Of a stretch of 64,000 nt of DNA, positions 1 through 13,687 are shown piece by piece (position 1 is the stretch's first letter; the number at the start of each line of letters is the position of its first letter). The position numbers were made by a program, and so were the translations under genes. Source of the DNA: Eledone cirrhosa (lineage: Eukaryota); the NCBI GenBank assembly GCA_964016885.1, contig OZ024741.1:320044001-320108000 (forward strand), given 5' to 3'. The notes under the pieces are model-generated. The model searched no databases and was not told where the DNA came from. It saw nothing but the letters and a program-made list of their open reading frames with translations.

Positions 1-1722
1 CTTCTGTACGTATTGACACTCGAGCCTTTACTGCGGAAGCTGGAGCTGTTGCAGAGCATCCCGCTCGAACCGGGACGCGGAAAGGCTGTGTCGGCTTATG
101 CGGACGACATCACCGTGATGGTGTCGGACACCTCAGAAATCGAGGTAGTCGCAACTTATTGGAGGAATTTGAAAGGTTGACAGGAGCAAAACTTAATCCG
201 GAAAAGTCGGCGGGTTTGCAACTCGGCACCTGGAGAGGCAAGTCCATACCGTCCAACAGCGTCGTTAGGCGCTGGACGGACGGACCGGTAAAGTTGCTAG
301 GGGTTTGGTTCGGGCCAGACCTCCAGGTGGATAAGAATTCGGACGAGGTGACGGGCAGGGTAACCAGTCTCACCCAGAAATGGGCTGGGATGAAGCTATC
401 ACTGAAAGGTCGGGTGGAGGTGGCGAACGCGTACATCGCGTCCGTCATCTACTACCGTCTGACCGTCGTCCCTTGCCCCCGTTCGCACCTGGCCATCTTG
501 GAGCGGCTCCTCTTCAAATTCTTGTGGAGGGGTCAGGTTCCGCTGGTGAGGCGGTCCATCTGCTGCCAGCACCCTCTACGTGGAGGGCTGGGCATGCCGT
601 GGCTAATGATGCGCAGGCATGCGCTGACTGCGGCATCTCCAGATATTCTGCCTAAACGGTGAACAGGTTTGGTCGCCGTTTGTCAGACGGGCCTTTCCGC
701 AGCTCGTTTCTTTGACTGAGTTGCAGTCCTGAGTCAAGAAGAGACCGAGACTGGGTGACTGGCATCTGAAATGTTGCCAGGCACTCACTGCCCTCTACCA
801 GGTCAGAGTAACTTCCACTCTCGAGTTCTATAGAGGATTAGTGGTCGGCAAGTGCGACGACGCACTCGGAGAGGCTCTGGGAGTCAACGAGGTCGAACTA
901 ACCAGTCTGTACCAGAGGACTTTCGAGCCGGGGACGATGGATAATTTCCAAAAATCCCTCGCTTTGCAGTGTTACCGGGGGGCACTGCCGGTTCGAGATA
1001 AACTCTACAGGCACGGAAGTGCTGTCAGACGGACCTGCCCGAGATGCGCGCAGAGCGACGAAACTGTTCTGCACACACTCGTCCAATGACCGTGTATTAC
1101 TGACTTGTGGAGTTATGTTGAACAGCTGTTGTCGCGTGTAGAACGGATCCGGCTATCGGCCAAGTCCATAGTGAAGATCGACCCGCCGCCTTCTTTTGGC
1201 CAGGAAGGGCAAGCAATTTTCCTCTGTCTGGTGGCAGTAGCGAAAGAGGTTGTATGGTGGACGAGGTTGAAAGACTGAAGACAGACACTTTTCTCTTCGG
1301 CCAATCCCTCATCAACTTTTTCAAGTTTCACTTGGAAAGGAAGGTGAGGGTGGAGAAAGAAGTGCTGCCCCCCAGTACATTTGCTGAAAGGTGGGTGAAT
1401 GTGGCGAGAATGGCCCTTGTGAGTGGGCCTACTCTGGTCATGCGGCTGTAGGTAAATTTGAGGAGGAGAGGGGGTGCCCATCCAGGGTGCTCTCGAAGCG
1501 TCGGGTCGTTCAGGATTGGTGGGGTACTTGAGCGAACCCTGGGTGGTCATCCCCCCCCCCCTATTGGGGAATTTTTTCTTGTTGTAATTTTATTGTTACT
1601 TTGTTATTGTGATTCATATTTTTACTCGATTTTTCTGTAAAACCCCACTGTCCCAGTCTTTTGTATTCTCCCCTATATATCGGCCCTTGTGGCCAATAAA
1701 TGAAATAATAATTATTATTATT
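1..1722 (+). mobile_element. Tx1/L1-clade non-LTR retrotransposon, 3' part (RT C-terminus, CCHC domain, 3' UTR, AATAAA, (ATT)n tail); truncated by the window edge
   Basis: Frame fragments encode ...AYADDI..., GAKLNPEKS, LGVWF, GGLG and CPRCAQSDETVLH. Stops and frameshifts are present. AATAAA at 1695-1700 is followed by an ATT tail. Nearly identical to the reverse complement of 36592-38320. Confidence 0.92.
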
Positions 1723-1723
1723 G

Positions 1724-4700
1724 TTCTTTGAATCTCAGTCATTAATGTTAGCTAACTGGAAAGTTTGTTGAAATGAATATCAAGCCACTACCTGCAACCT
1801 CAGATATTCAGGACGTATCGGAGAGTTCTCGCTGTTCCCAGCAAGCATGTCTTTTGAAGTGTTCCAAAAAGGAAACTTTTTGAGATAGTACCTATTGCGC
1901 CTATGACAATCGGGACCACTTTGACTTCATGGCAGTTCCAAATCCTTTTTACCTCCCACTTTAAGTCCTGGTATCGGTTAATCTTCTCCCTCTCCTTCTC
2001 TTGCACTCTCGTGTCGAATGGGCAGGCCACATCCACAATCAGGCACGATCTTTTTTCCTTGTTCAAAACCACCAGGTCAGGTGTTCCAGTTTCTTGTTCG
2101 TCTGTATCCTAAAACCCCACAGCACCTTCACCTGACCGTTTTCAAACACCGACTCTGGCTTATGCTCATACTACTTCTCAGAATGTGGTAAATTGTTTAC
2201 TTTGCATAGGTGCCAGTGGATCACCCTGCCTATCACATCATGTCTCCAGCCTTTATAGTGAATCTGGGCTAGGTGTTTACTCTCGGATACAATGTGAGCC
2301 ACAGTCTCCTCTCTCTCTCCACAGATCCTGCACAGTGGGCCAGCCTCCTCCTTTTAAATATGGTGTTTCAGCCACTTCGTTTTGAGGGCCTGCTCTTGCG
2401 CAGCCATTAGCATTCCTTCTGTAGCCTTGTTAAGGTCGCCTCTTTTCAACCAGTTCCATGTCTGTGGATCTCTGAATTCCGTTTTCTCAAAGAAGGTACT
2501 ATGAAGGGATTTTTCAGGAAGGTTGCTCTTTCCCATCGTTGTTATTTTCTCCTTGGACATCCCCTGGTCTATTGTCCTCTCCTTCAGTACAATTCTGAGC
2601 ATTGGCTCCCTACTATCAGTCACGTATTTGTGTAGGTTGTTTTTCTCCATCTGAACACAGTCCTCTACGCTGATAAGATCTCTTCCAACTTCAGATCTCC
2701 TTAAGTAGATTCTATCGACATCACTCCTCTTGTGGAACATGGTGGAGATAGTCAATAGCTTCCTAGTTTCCTATCCATTTCTTTTTGTTCAGCAACATTC
2801 CATCACAGAATTCCCGCACTGTACCTAATAATAGACACAGCTCGGGAATTTACTGCACTTATGGCATTCCTACTGTTCAAATGTGACTTTAGTACGCTCC
2901 TTACTCTCCTAATGTATTCAGATCTTATCAATTCCTTCATTTCTTTGTTCTTGATGTCATCAGCCTCCAGAATACCCAAATAATTGTATCATTCTTCAGT
3001 GTCAATTCCCTTTATCATCTCACTTGTTGGTACCTGGATTCCGTTGCTTCTGCTCAATTTACCCCTCTTCATCACACGGACTCCACACTTACTAATACCA
3101 AATTGCATAAACATATCATTGCTGAAAATACGGACAGTGTCAACAAGCACATCCAACTCCTTCTCACTCTTCCCGAAGAGCTTAAGATCATCCATGAAGA
3201 GGAGGTGATTGATGGTAAGCTCTCCCTTTCCCAACTTGTATCCTGCTCTCACTTTTCGCAGTATAATGGTCAGGGGCATCAGGACAAGGACAAACAACAG
3301 AGTAGACAGACTATCTCCCTGGAAGATACCTCTCTTGATCTTCACGCCTCCCAAGGATTCTCCAGCTGATGTTAACTCTGTTTTCCAGGACTTCATACTT
3401 TTGCTCAACAACTGTTTGATGTTATCTGCCACCTTGAAGATCTTTGGGCTTTTGGTGATCCAAGAATGAGGCACCATGTCAAATGCCTTTTTGTAGTTTA
3501 TCCATCCCATGGCAAGACCAGTGTGTCTCCTCTTGCAATTCCTCATTACCATCTTATCAATAAGTAACTGGTCCTTTGTACCACGGGACTTCTTTCGGCA
3601 TCCTTTCTGTTCGTCCGGTAACAAGTTGTTTATGTGGAGGTGATGGTAGATGTCTTCAGACACAATGCTTGTTAACATTTTCCACATTACGGACAGACAT
3701 GTGATAGGTCTATAGTTGGTAACATCATTACCCTTGATTCGGTCTTTCATTACCAGAACTGTGGTACCTTTTGTCAACCACTCTGGTACCTCACCTAACA
3801 TCAAGCAGTCTTTGAACATGGTTGTCAGTTTCGGGTGGAGGGATGTTATATTTTTAATCCAATACCCCTGCACACCATCTGGTGATTTCCAGTTCGTTTT
3901 TTTTTGGCCTGCCCCTTAAGAGTTTCAACTGTGATATTCAAATCAGTTTGTTTGGTGTTCCTGTTCACTAATCTGTCTGGTCATTATGTTTAACATCCTG
4001 CTCCCATATTCTTCTCCAGAATGTCTTAGTTTGTTCCGCCTCAGGGATCAAGTCGTTGCCTCTTTCTTTCCCTTCAAGCTGTCCAAACAACATCTTCTGG
4101 TTGTTGTCAAACATGCGGTTCTGTCTATACTGACTGACTCTGCTCTCGTATCGCCTAATTTTTGCACTCTTTGCTACAATGCGTTGCTTCAGTTCCTCTA
4201 TGATAATATTTAGCTTTTTCCTCCTAGTTTTGTACTTTATTTCCAGTCTATTTTTTGTGCCTATGTTTTTTAGTGTCCCATTCAGTAGGGACTCAAGCTT
4301 TCCAATGTCATTTCTCATTTCCCTGATTTGACCATTCAGTCGTTTCTTCCACCAAGGTTCTGATCTTTTTTTTTGTTGTTTCCTCTCGCTTTTATGCCAA
4401 GTAATTTCCTCACCACATTTGCTGTTGCTTTGAGGATATTGTTGCACTGGTGAAGGCTCCTCGCCTCAAGGTATGGGATGACTTTGTTTACCTTAGCTGT
4501 TGTTTCTTTTAACTTTTTCCTGTCTACAAATCTTAGGTTCACAGGTTTCCCACTATCATTGTTCATTTCATCTACCACTAAGTTTAGGATATCAACCAAA
4601 TCTTGTCCTAGCCCGTCAGCATTCATCTCCTCAATGGCCGTATCTTTGTTCCAGGAATTATTTATTTCAGCATTCAGATCATTGTCTGCTTCGGATGGTT

Positions 4701-5260
4701 CCTCCGTTCTCTCAACCTCTTCACCTTCATTTCCCACTGGCTCGTTTGCCTGGCATACTCCACTCTCCATTTCCAACCTAATCTCTCTGCTCAGTTCCTC
4801 CAGTTCCAGCTCGCTTATCCACCCATTAGTTCTTATTACCCGAGTCTTCCCGGCCAATCTTTGTTCATCTAATTTAAATAGACCAATCTCGTTCCAGATG
4901 TTATGCATCCGTTTCCTATAGCCTTTTTCCTTGGGATTACTCTTCAGGTAACATTGCATAACAGTTCTATTCAATTCTTTCGTCCAGTTGGTTCTGGTCC
5001 CTTTCCTTCTTCCTCCGACACCAGCAGTATTTGGTTGACAGCCAGGTCCCTGCTGCTGAGCCAGGGAGCACCTGTTGGGTAAGAGTCTGTCACATGACAT
5101 TCCAGTCACCACTTCACCGTTATTCGAACTGTTTAGGTTCGACATTGAAGCACTCTTATCGAGGATTGGTGAATGTATGGTTACATAACCACCGGTGATT
5201 TCATCACCTCCGGTGATTTGATCACCCTCGGTTATTTTAGCGTGGCACGATCACGCTGTA
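1724..5260 (-). mobile_element. R4/Dong-like non-LTR retrotransposon (RT + CCHC + restriction-like endonuclease), near full length, degraded
   Basis: N-terminal ORF 4336-5145 (WTKELN..VMQCY..GYRKRM..W). RT 2989-3873 (YRPITCL, KAFDMVPH, GIFQGDSLS, LLFMDDLKL). RLE 1800-2080 (PDLVV..IVDVACP..EK..RYQDL..VPIVIGAIG). Short 3' UTR ends in (AAT)n. Confidence 0.9.
2989..3873 (-). pseudogene. Reverse transcriptase fragment of the R4/Dong-like element
   Basis: Non-LTR RT motifs QGD and FMDD; adjacent frames are broken by frameshifts. Confidence 0.88.
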
Positions 5261-5766
5261 GACGAACATAAATAAACAAACAAACAAATAGGTAAAAACC
5301 CCCAAAATAAGCATAGGTTTCATTGTAATGTAATGTTTGAATGTCTGACTTAGTTTTTTTGCTTGTCTGTCTGTTTGTTCTTCTTTTCTTTCTTCTTTTC
5401 TTTACGATTTTCGTTGCTGCTGTGCTGTTTTGATTTTGATTTTTGATTTTTTAATTTTTTGACCGGGTCATCAAATCAGTCTATTTATATCTTTTGATGC
5501 CTTCCTCATTTAGTGTCAGTACTACGGTGCCTGTCTTAGCAGGAGGTAGTGGGAGAGAATAGCAGCGGTAGCGATAATGAGGCAGTGGTGGTGATGTGAT
5601 CGTAGTACTGTAGTGATGGTGTTGAAGTTGAAGTAGAAATAGAAGTTGAGGTAACTTGACTAGAGTTTTTGGCGTGGTAGTGCTGGTGGTGGCGGTGGTG
5701 GTGTTGGTGGTGAAATTATTTGCCTGTCTGTCCACTTAGACATTTTTCTTTTTTTCGACTATAACA

Positions 5767-5769
<3 letters not shown>

Positions 5770-5797
<28 letters not shown>
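5770..5797 (+). repeat. (ATT)n microsatellite, 5' flank/target of a Tx1 element
   Basis: Read directly; a matching (ATT)n lies at 9372-9396. Confidence 0.95.
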
Positions 5798-8700
5798 GGT
5801 GATCTACGTAGGAAATCGTATCATCGTGAGCTCCGCAAAGGATTGTTGTTTTCAGTTGTTTAAAATTGCCATTTATGGAAAACTTTTATTGTTAACTGTA
5901 TACGAGAAGTAAGGTAAGTTGTCTTTCCCATCTTTTCCACTCCATTTCAACATGACCTCACTCAGAATAGGCAGCATAAATGCGCGTGGCTTGGGGTCGT
6001 CATGGAAGCAGGGCCACCTGCTGAACGACCTCAGGTCACTAAACATAGATGTAGTGGCCATCAGCGAGACCAGAATCTCCGAAGCACAGGGCTTTGCACC
6101 GATCTTCGGCGGCTACGTGTACGCATCTCCCAGCTGTCCTGGATCGAGGGGAGGAGATGCTGTGCTTTTTCGGATAGGTTTGGATCTCGCCATACGGGCC
6201 ATCTTCCTGGACCCAGAAGGTAAGTTGGTGGTGCTGGACGTGACCAGCAGAGACGGGCAAGCTTTCAAGCTAGTGGCCGTCTATGCCCCGACAGGAGCAG
6301 GACGGCCTGATTTCTTCCGGCGTCTGGAGACCTTTCTTGGAACGTCCCGCTCTTCAGTGTTAGTGGGCGACTGGAACGGGATCTTAGATGCACGCTGGGA
6401 CTGTGTGGGATTAGCGGATAGGGGAGGAGGGTGCAAGAGTCTCACCAACCTGCTCAGGCGTTTTGAACTGACTGACAGGTACGGATTGGATTTCCCGAAT
6501 GTGCCAATGTGGACTTGGACAAATCGCATAGGGTCATCCAGATCATATCTAGATAGAGTATTTTGTAGGGAAATAGATAGGTCTAGCATAGGCTGTACAC
6601 AATTCAAGATAGTCAGCTACACGGACCACAAATTCGTGATCTGTGTACTTGACTTAGATAGGCTTCATAGACGAGGACCCGGCTACTGGAAGCTAAACGC
6701 GTCCATACCAACGTGCAAGGCCTACAGAGACCCGATTAGTGAACTAGTTAAGTGGGTGTCGACGGGGGCCATCGTCAACAACAAGTGGTGGTTTGCTCTG
6801 AAAAGAGCGATTAGAATAGAGTCCATTAGGTTTAGTAAGGCTTTAGCAATAGAGAAAAATTGATCAGAGGGAGAACTAGTTAGAAAATTAGACGAGGCGC
6901 TTAGCAAAGTCATCGCGACCGACGTACTTGCGGCGAAATTGGCCCTTGACCAATTCTTCAATGCAAATTACGAAGGCTGCGTTGTCAGAGCTAGGGTGCA
7001 TGCTCTCAGACACGAGGGGAGGAAAGCCGTTCAATGGGCCCGAGTGGCGGAGGCGCGTCGTGGCAACAAAACCACGATCCGGTCTTTGGAGGATCACGAC
7101 GAGCGCATGCTACTCGATCCCGGGCAAATGTGTGAAGCTTTCCAGCGACACTTCGCACAGCTGTTCGGGGGCAGCGGCGGGCCGAATCGAGGGATGGACT
7201 TTAGTGTCTACCTCGACGGACTGCCGCGGCTCTCGGCCACTGAGGCGGAGTGTTGCGAAAAGCCGATAACAGCCGCTGAAGTACGGGAGGCAATGACTGG
7301 TTTGGATGGTCTGCCCTATGAACTTTACGTACAGATGCCAGACTTGTTCGGAGGCATCTTGGCGGACGTCTACTGCAACTGGCAACAGAACGGGAGAATT
7401 GCCAGCTCTGTGAGCCGATTAGCTGTAGCGCTGCTGAGGAAAGGATCCGAACAAGGGGGATAACATAGATAATTTTAGGCCCATAAGTCTGCTAAACACA
7501 GAGTTCAAGATTTTGGCCAAGGTGCTAGCAAAGAGGTTGGCGCTTGTCGTTGGTGGTCTTGTGGGAGAGGCGCAGACATGCGCCATTCCCGACAGATCCA
7601 TCCACGACAACCTCCACCTCATGCGATATATCGTAGAGAGTGTAGCTAAGTAACCTGGCACGGGTGGGTCCTTGATCAATTTAGATCAGTCGAAAGCTTT
7701 CGATAGGGTCGACCATCGTTACCTAGCGGCAGTCCTGAGGGCGGCTGGCTTTGGGCCCGTCTTCAGAGGCTGGATCGCTGTCATGCACAGCGACATCTGC
7801 TCTGTGGTGAGAGAGAACGGTCACCTTTCGGAACCGTTCAACATCATGCGCTCGGTCCGCCAAGGATGTCCCTTCTCGTCCCTCTTGTACGTATTGACTC
7901 TCGAGCCATTACTGCACAAACTGGAGACGTTGAGGGGGGGGGGGGGTCCCGCGCGAACTAGGATACGGAAGATCCGAGTCAGCATATGCGGACGATGTCA
8001 CCGTAGTGGTCTCGAACGCCAAACACATCGAGGCGATCGGCACTACACTAAGAGAATACGAAGCGGTGACAGGAGCAATGATCAACCAGGAAAAGTCAGT
8101 GGGCCTGCAGCTCGGCACCTGGAGAGGCAGGTCCATGCCGTCCAACAGCGTCGTCGGGCGCTGGACGGACGGACCAGTTAAATTGCTCGGGGTCTGGTTT
8201 GGTCCGGATCTCCAGACTGACAAAAACTGGGACGAGGTGACGAGCAGGGTGGCTTCTCTCACCCAGAAATGGGCCGAGATGAAGCTATCCCTGAAAGGTC
8301 GAGCGGAGGTGGCTAACGCGTATATCGCGTCCGTCATCTACTACCGCCTGACCGTCGTACCTTGTCCTAAGCCCCGCCTGACTGCGCTGGAGCGTTTGCT
8401 CTTTCGCATGTTGTAGAAGGGACGCGCTCCGATGGTCAGGCGGTCCATCTGCTGTCAACACCCGCTACGTCGAGGGCTGGGAATGCCGTGGCTGATGATG
8501 CGCAGACACGCGCTCAGGCTACGACATCTCCACCTCTTCCTCGACGGTGATCAAGTGTGGTCGCCGTTTGCTAGACACGTCTTTCCCCAGCTCGTCTCCT
8601 TGACGGAGCTGCAGTCCTGGGTCAAGCGAAGAACCAGAGGGAGCGCTTGGAGACTGGAATGTCTTCGGGATAAACTCTACAGGCATGGAGGTGCCGTCAA

Positions 8701-9371
8701 CCGGGCATGTCCGAGATGCGCGCAGGGCGACAAAACCGTCCTGCACGCACTCGTCCAGTGTCCGAGCATTGCTGACTTGTGGGTTTATGTAGAACACCTG
8801 CTGTCGCGTGTAGGACGGATCCAGCTATCAGCTGAGTCCATCGTGAGGATTGCCCCGCTCTCTTCCTTTAGCCGGGAAGGGCAGGCAGTTTTAATCTGTC
8901 TGGTGGCCATGGCGAAAGAGATAGTATGGTGGAGACGTTTGAAAGGGCTGAAGACGAGCACTTACCTCTTCGGTGATGCCCTGGTTAACTTTTTCAAATT
9001 TCATTTGAAAAGGAAAATCAGGGTAGAAAGAGAAGTGCTCTCTTCCCAGCATTTTGTTGAAAGATGGGTGAGAGAGGCAAGAATGGCCCGAGTGAATGGG
9101 CCTACTCTGAGTATGTGTCTGTAAATTAAAGGTGGAAAACTGGGAGAGGGCACTCGCCCTGGTAGTCAGGGTCACTGTGGATTTTTAATGGGCTTTCTCC
9201 ACAAATGTCCCTCGGAAGTTTCCCCCCTATTGGGGAATTTTTCATTGTTATTTTTTATTACATCCTCTGTTGTTTTTTACACGCAGAAATGCCCATTTGT
9301 ACCGTCCTGTATTGTCCTGTACTGTCCTTAATGTCTACTTTATGTAAACTCTTGTTGTTTATAAAGAAATC
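5798..9371 (+). mobile_element. Tx1/L1-clade element with complete but disrupted ORF2 and no ORF1, flanked by (ATT)n on both sides
   Basis: ~150-bp leader, then CAACATG and an APE endonuclease (NARGL, SET, VYAP, GDWN, SYLDR, TDH), RT (DQSKAFDRV, RQGCP, YADD) and CCHC (CPRC..H..C). 3' UTR ends ATAAAGAAATC(ATT)n. Confidence 0.93.
5952..9124 (+). pseudogene. Tx1 ORF2 (APE endonuclease-RT-zinc finger), interrupted by stops, frameshifts and a ~250-bp deletion at ~8663
   Basis: ORF fragments 5919-6863, 6939-7463, 7672-, 8006-8416 and 8432-9124 are collinear ORF2 domains. Confidence 0.9.
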
Positions 9372-9402
<31 letters not shown>

Positions 9403-10305
9403 AAACTCACGAATGCATTTATGTATCTGCTATGTTAGAGCGAAAACAAATTTTGTTTTTAATGTTCGGCAAAGCCAGCCGTAAAATCGCTCGGTATTAG
9501 GCTAATCAGCTGATGTATACTTTAGAGAATACTATATATTATCAAGAGTTCTAGTGCATAACAGGAAAAGGAGAGATACACAATCTTGACAGGAACAATA
9601 TTGCTGAAACAATTGCCAATTGTTTCTCTCTGCTATGGTTAGAACAAAAGGATGATGATAGTCGTCTAAAGACACATAGAGTTATGAGGCTGTTTGCTTG
9701 CAAACGAATCGAATATTAATATTATTATTATAATATAAAACTCACAAATGCATCCAAAAAACATTATTTTTTCTGAAAATATATCTTTTACACCATTTGT
9801 CACTTATTTGACAACTAAAATAAATATCTCCGCAATTATAAATTTATTAACCAACGTTAAAATTCCACATGCTCTAATAAATATAAATTTAACTTCAACT
9901 CACACTGCCATCGCAATTTCCATATTTGCACGTACAGTGTTGTGAACTTCATTATATTTTACACCATGCTTTATATAACAGCATTATTACGGTGGTAAAT
10001 ATATAATATTTAATACATATTTTATATTCGCTTATTTGATCACTGAACTAAAAAGTGTGCAATTTTGCATTTTAGCTTCACTATTTAGCCTAATACATTA
10101 ACAACTTCCATACAAATAGAATCTAGATATAATGAGATATAAGTAAACAAATGTTTATACGGCTGTAATGACCTCAGAGGAATAAATTTGATATTTTATA
10201 GATGCATTTTCTATATTTTCATCTAATCACAGTTCTCCTTATCTTTTCACCACTCCAAACATGTCCTCATATAGAATCATTTACATACACGTGCACCTCC
10301 ACACC

Positions 10306-10348
10306 AATATATATATGTATATATATATATATATATATATACATATAC

Positions 10349-10414
<66 letters not shown>

Positions 10415-10477
10415 TATACATATAACACACACACACACACGTACACACACACACGCGCACACCCACACACACACACC

Positions 10478-10513
<36 letters not shown>

Positions 10514-10521
10514 CATATAAC

Positions 10522-10558
<37 letters not shown>

Positions 10559-10560
10559 CA
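10306..10560. repeat. Compound (TA)n/(CA)n/(TG)n microsatellite
   Basis: Read directly. Confidence 0.95.
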
Positions 10561-10941
10561 TGCAGAAAAGAAGTGACCGAGACTGCGTAAACTTGCATAT
10601 TATTAGTATACAGTTATATAAACATGCCAAATATTCGTATTTCTGTTTAAATTGATAAGGAGGAGGCTAGGCCAGACTGACTATAAAGGATGGAGGCATG
10701 ATATCATAGGAAAGGTGATTCACTGGATGTACGCAAACTGAACAAATTACCTCATTCTGAGAAGATTAATGGCGTGGGGAGGGGAGGCTGGTATTCATGA
10801 TTGACTGCTGGTCTTCAACACTCAAACTTTGCCCACGCTTGTGCCTTGGAGGGGAACGTTCTAGGTGCAAAACCTTGGTCATAAATTTACGGTCGTAAAT
10901 TTATTAAATACTATAATTACAATATTTCTTAATCTTTTGTG

Positions 10942-10991
<50 letters not shown>

Positions 10992-11043
10992 GTAAGTATG
11001 TATGTATACGTACATACATATATGTATACAGACGTACAGTAGC

Positions 11044-11091
<48 letters not shown>

Positions 11092-11237
11092 GCACACATA
11101 TATATATGCACGTATCAGTTTACCGAACATTTATTATAATGTTCGCTTTGTTCGTTTGTAAACAAACGGACATCCTGATTTACGCCATAGAGTGTTCAGG
11201 CAACCACGTCACCTTTTTGTTCCACACTGACACAGGA

Positions 11238-11280
11238 ACGATGTACTAGTTTCAAGCTTGTTAGCTATCGTCAGCACCGT
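11238..11280 (-). ncRNA. Minimal type-I hammerhead ribozyme (family H1)
   Basis: Reverse complement of the 11643-11685 motif. Confidence 0.75.
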
Positions 11281-11499
11281 ATACCTTTCTGCCAGATGGT
11301 TGAACGTTCGAAAGTATATACTTTCTTTATGAAAATTAACGGCTGAGCAGCCTAATTTGCATATCGAGTGAGTTCAGTCGGCCAGGCGCACCGAAAACGA
11401 TAAATGGAATAGAATGAAACGAAATTTCATTTCTCACTTCGTTAAATGTAAGTATGTATGTATACGTACATACATATATGTATACAGACGTACAGTAGC

Positions 11500-11533
<34 letters not shown>

Positions 11534-11642
11534 GCTACTGTACGTCTGAACTCACTCGATATGCAAATTAGGCTGCTCAGCCGTTAATTTTCATAAAGAA
11601 AGTATATACTTTCGAACGTTCAACCATCTGGCAGAAAGGTAT

Positions 11643-11685
11643 ACGGTGCTGACGATAGCTAACAAGCTTGAAACTAGTACATCGT
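11643..11685 (+). ncRNA. Minimal type-I hammerhead ribozyme (family H1)
   Basis: acggtg-CTGACGA-t-agct-aaca-agct-t-GAAA-CTAGTA-catcgt: stem I acggtg/catcgt, stem II agct/agct, palindromic ACTAGT stem III, GUA cleavage triplet. Confidence 0.8.
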
Positions 11686-12656
11686 TCCTGTGTCAGTGTT
11701 GAACAAAAAGGTGACGTGGTTGCCTGAACACTCTATGGCGTAAATCAGGATGTCCGTTTGTTTACAAACGAACAAAGCGAACATTATAATAAATGTTCGG
11801 TAAACTGATACGTGCATATATATATGTCGTTTATTTAACGCATCTTTCCTTTTTAAATCTTATTATTTCAACCCATTCATAATTTCTTCAATCTATTTAT
11901 TTGCTACTTTCTTAAATGCAAATACACTCATATATACAAATTCGTCGAAATTAAAATCAATCCAAAGTTTTGTATATTAATCTATCATATTTATTCATTT
12001 TTATCCTCACTTGTCAGTGTCTCATTCTTTAGAGATTTAATCTCTTGTTTGTCTTGGCACACACATTATCTTATACATCAGGCACACAATTGTTGGCATG
12101 GATATGCACGTTAAATCCAAGTACATATACTTTTATTTTCATACGATCGGGCTAACCACCAAACATAATTATCATTTTTCTAATGATATATAACAATGCG
12201 TGTGTTGCATATAGATATTTGGTTAAACTTTTCTAATTCTCTGTATATCAAATTTCGGTTCACTATCTTAACATTTATTTCGTTAATTCTTATGAAACAT
12301 ATCCTATCATACAATTATTTATAAATATCTTAAATTATTCCCAATAGCTCTATAATATATATGCGTCGACAGTTCTCAAACGTAACTTGCAGACATTTCA
12401 ACTAAACTATATTCCACACCTGAATTCATGCCAAGTACCAACCATCACCATATCTTTATAACGGTAATTACATTCAATTTTCTGTTTGGTAATATGATTA
12501 ATCGAAAAACATTCCATGTCAATGTTGTGAGATCTCCCCCCATTATATATTTATATACACACATACATACATAATATATACATACATATGTATAAGTATC
12601 GAGTACTTAGCCGAACAATGGTGTTACTAGTCTAAACTGGTAACTCAAAATTCTCT

Positions 12657-12762
<106 letters not shown>

Positions 12763-12914
12763 TATGTATATATAGAGAGAAAGAGCCATATATCATTTGA
12801 GAAACACATTGTATTTTGTAAATATGTAAAACACAACATTTAGGAAAATATACGTACTTCTACTGAGAAACACAAGCATCTTACATATCATGTATATTGT
12901 GGTACAGTAATTTA

Positions 12915-13014
<100 letters not shown>

Positions 13015-13235
13015 TACAACAATATATATATATATAAGTATGTATACGTACATACATATATGTATACAGACGTACACTAGTATGTATATACATACACACA
13101 CATATATATATGTACGTATGGGTTTACTGAACATTTATTATAGTGCTCGGTTTGTTTGTAAACAAACAGCCCGAATTAGTAGCCATACAGTGTTCGGCAA
13201 CCATCGTTGCCCTTCTGTTCAACACTGACTAAGGA

Positions 13236-13278
13236 ACGATGAACAGGTTTCTAGCTTATTAGCTGTCATCAGCACCGT
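13236..13278 (-). ncRNA. Minimal hammerhead ribozyme (H1), stem III mutated
   Basis: Reverse strand reads acggtg-CTGATGA-cagctaataagcta-GAAA-CCTGTT-catcgt. Confidence 0.65.
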
Positions 13279-13687
13279 ATACCTTCCTGTCAGTCGATTG
13301 AACGTTTGATATATATATATACTTTCCTTATGCATATTAACGGCTGAGCAGCCTAATTTGCATATCGAGTGAGTTAGTCGGCCGGGTGTACCGAAAACGA
13401 TAAATGAAAAAAAAATCAAATTTCATTTCTCACTCTTAGTACGGCTGATACTTAAATATAAGTATGTATACGTACATACATATATGTATACAGACGTACG
13501 TATATAGTATGTATATACATACATACATGCACACATATATATATGTACGTATGGGTTTACCGAACATTTATTATGATGCTCGGTTTGTTTGTAAACAAAC
13601 AGCCCGAATTAACAATATGCATAAGCCGTTAATATGCATAAGAAAAGTATATACTTTCAAACGTTCAATCGACTGACAGGAAGGTAT

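Larger units (their letters stand above)
10988..11827. mobile_element. Non-coding HHR-bearing repeat with inverted and partial tandem duplication (Penelope pLTR-like or retrozyme-like), family H1
   Basis: 11096-11377 is the near-perfect reverse complement of 11546-11827. 10988-11050 is directly repeated at 11444-11510. Each arm contains an HHR. Homologous to 13030-13990. Confidence 0.8.

Noticed and set aside
5280-5769. T-rich and GGT-rich low-complexity segment with an 84-aa Thr-rich ORF
   Set aside because: No recognisable domain; it may be an element UTR or ORF1 relic but cannot be assigned.
11830-12540. Possible very old PLE RT/GIY-YIG remnant on the minus strand (also 9740-10260, 14240-14310)
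   Set aside because: Only vague motif echoes; needs a profile HMM search.
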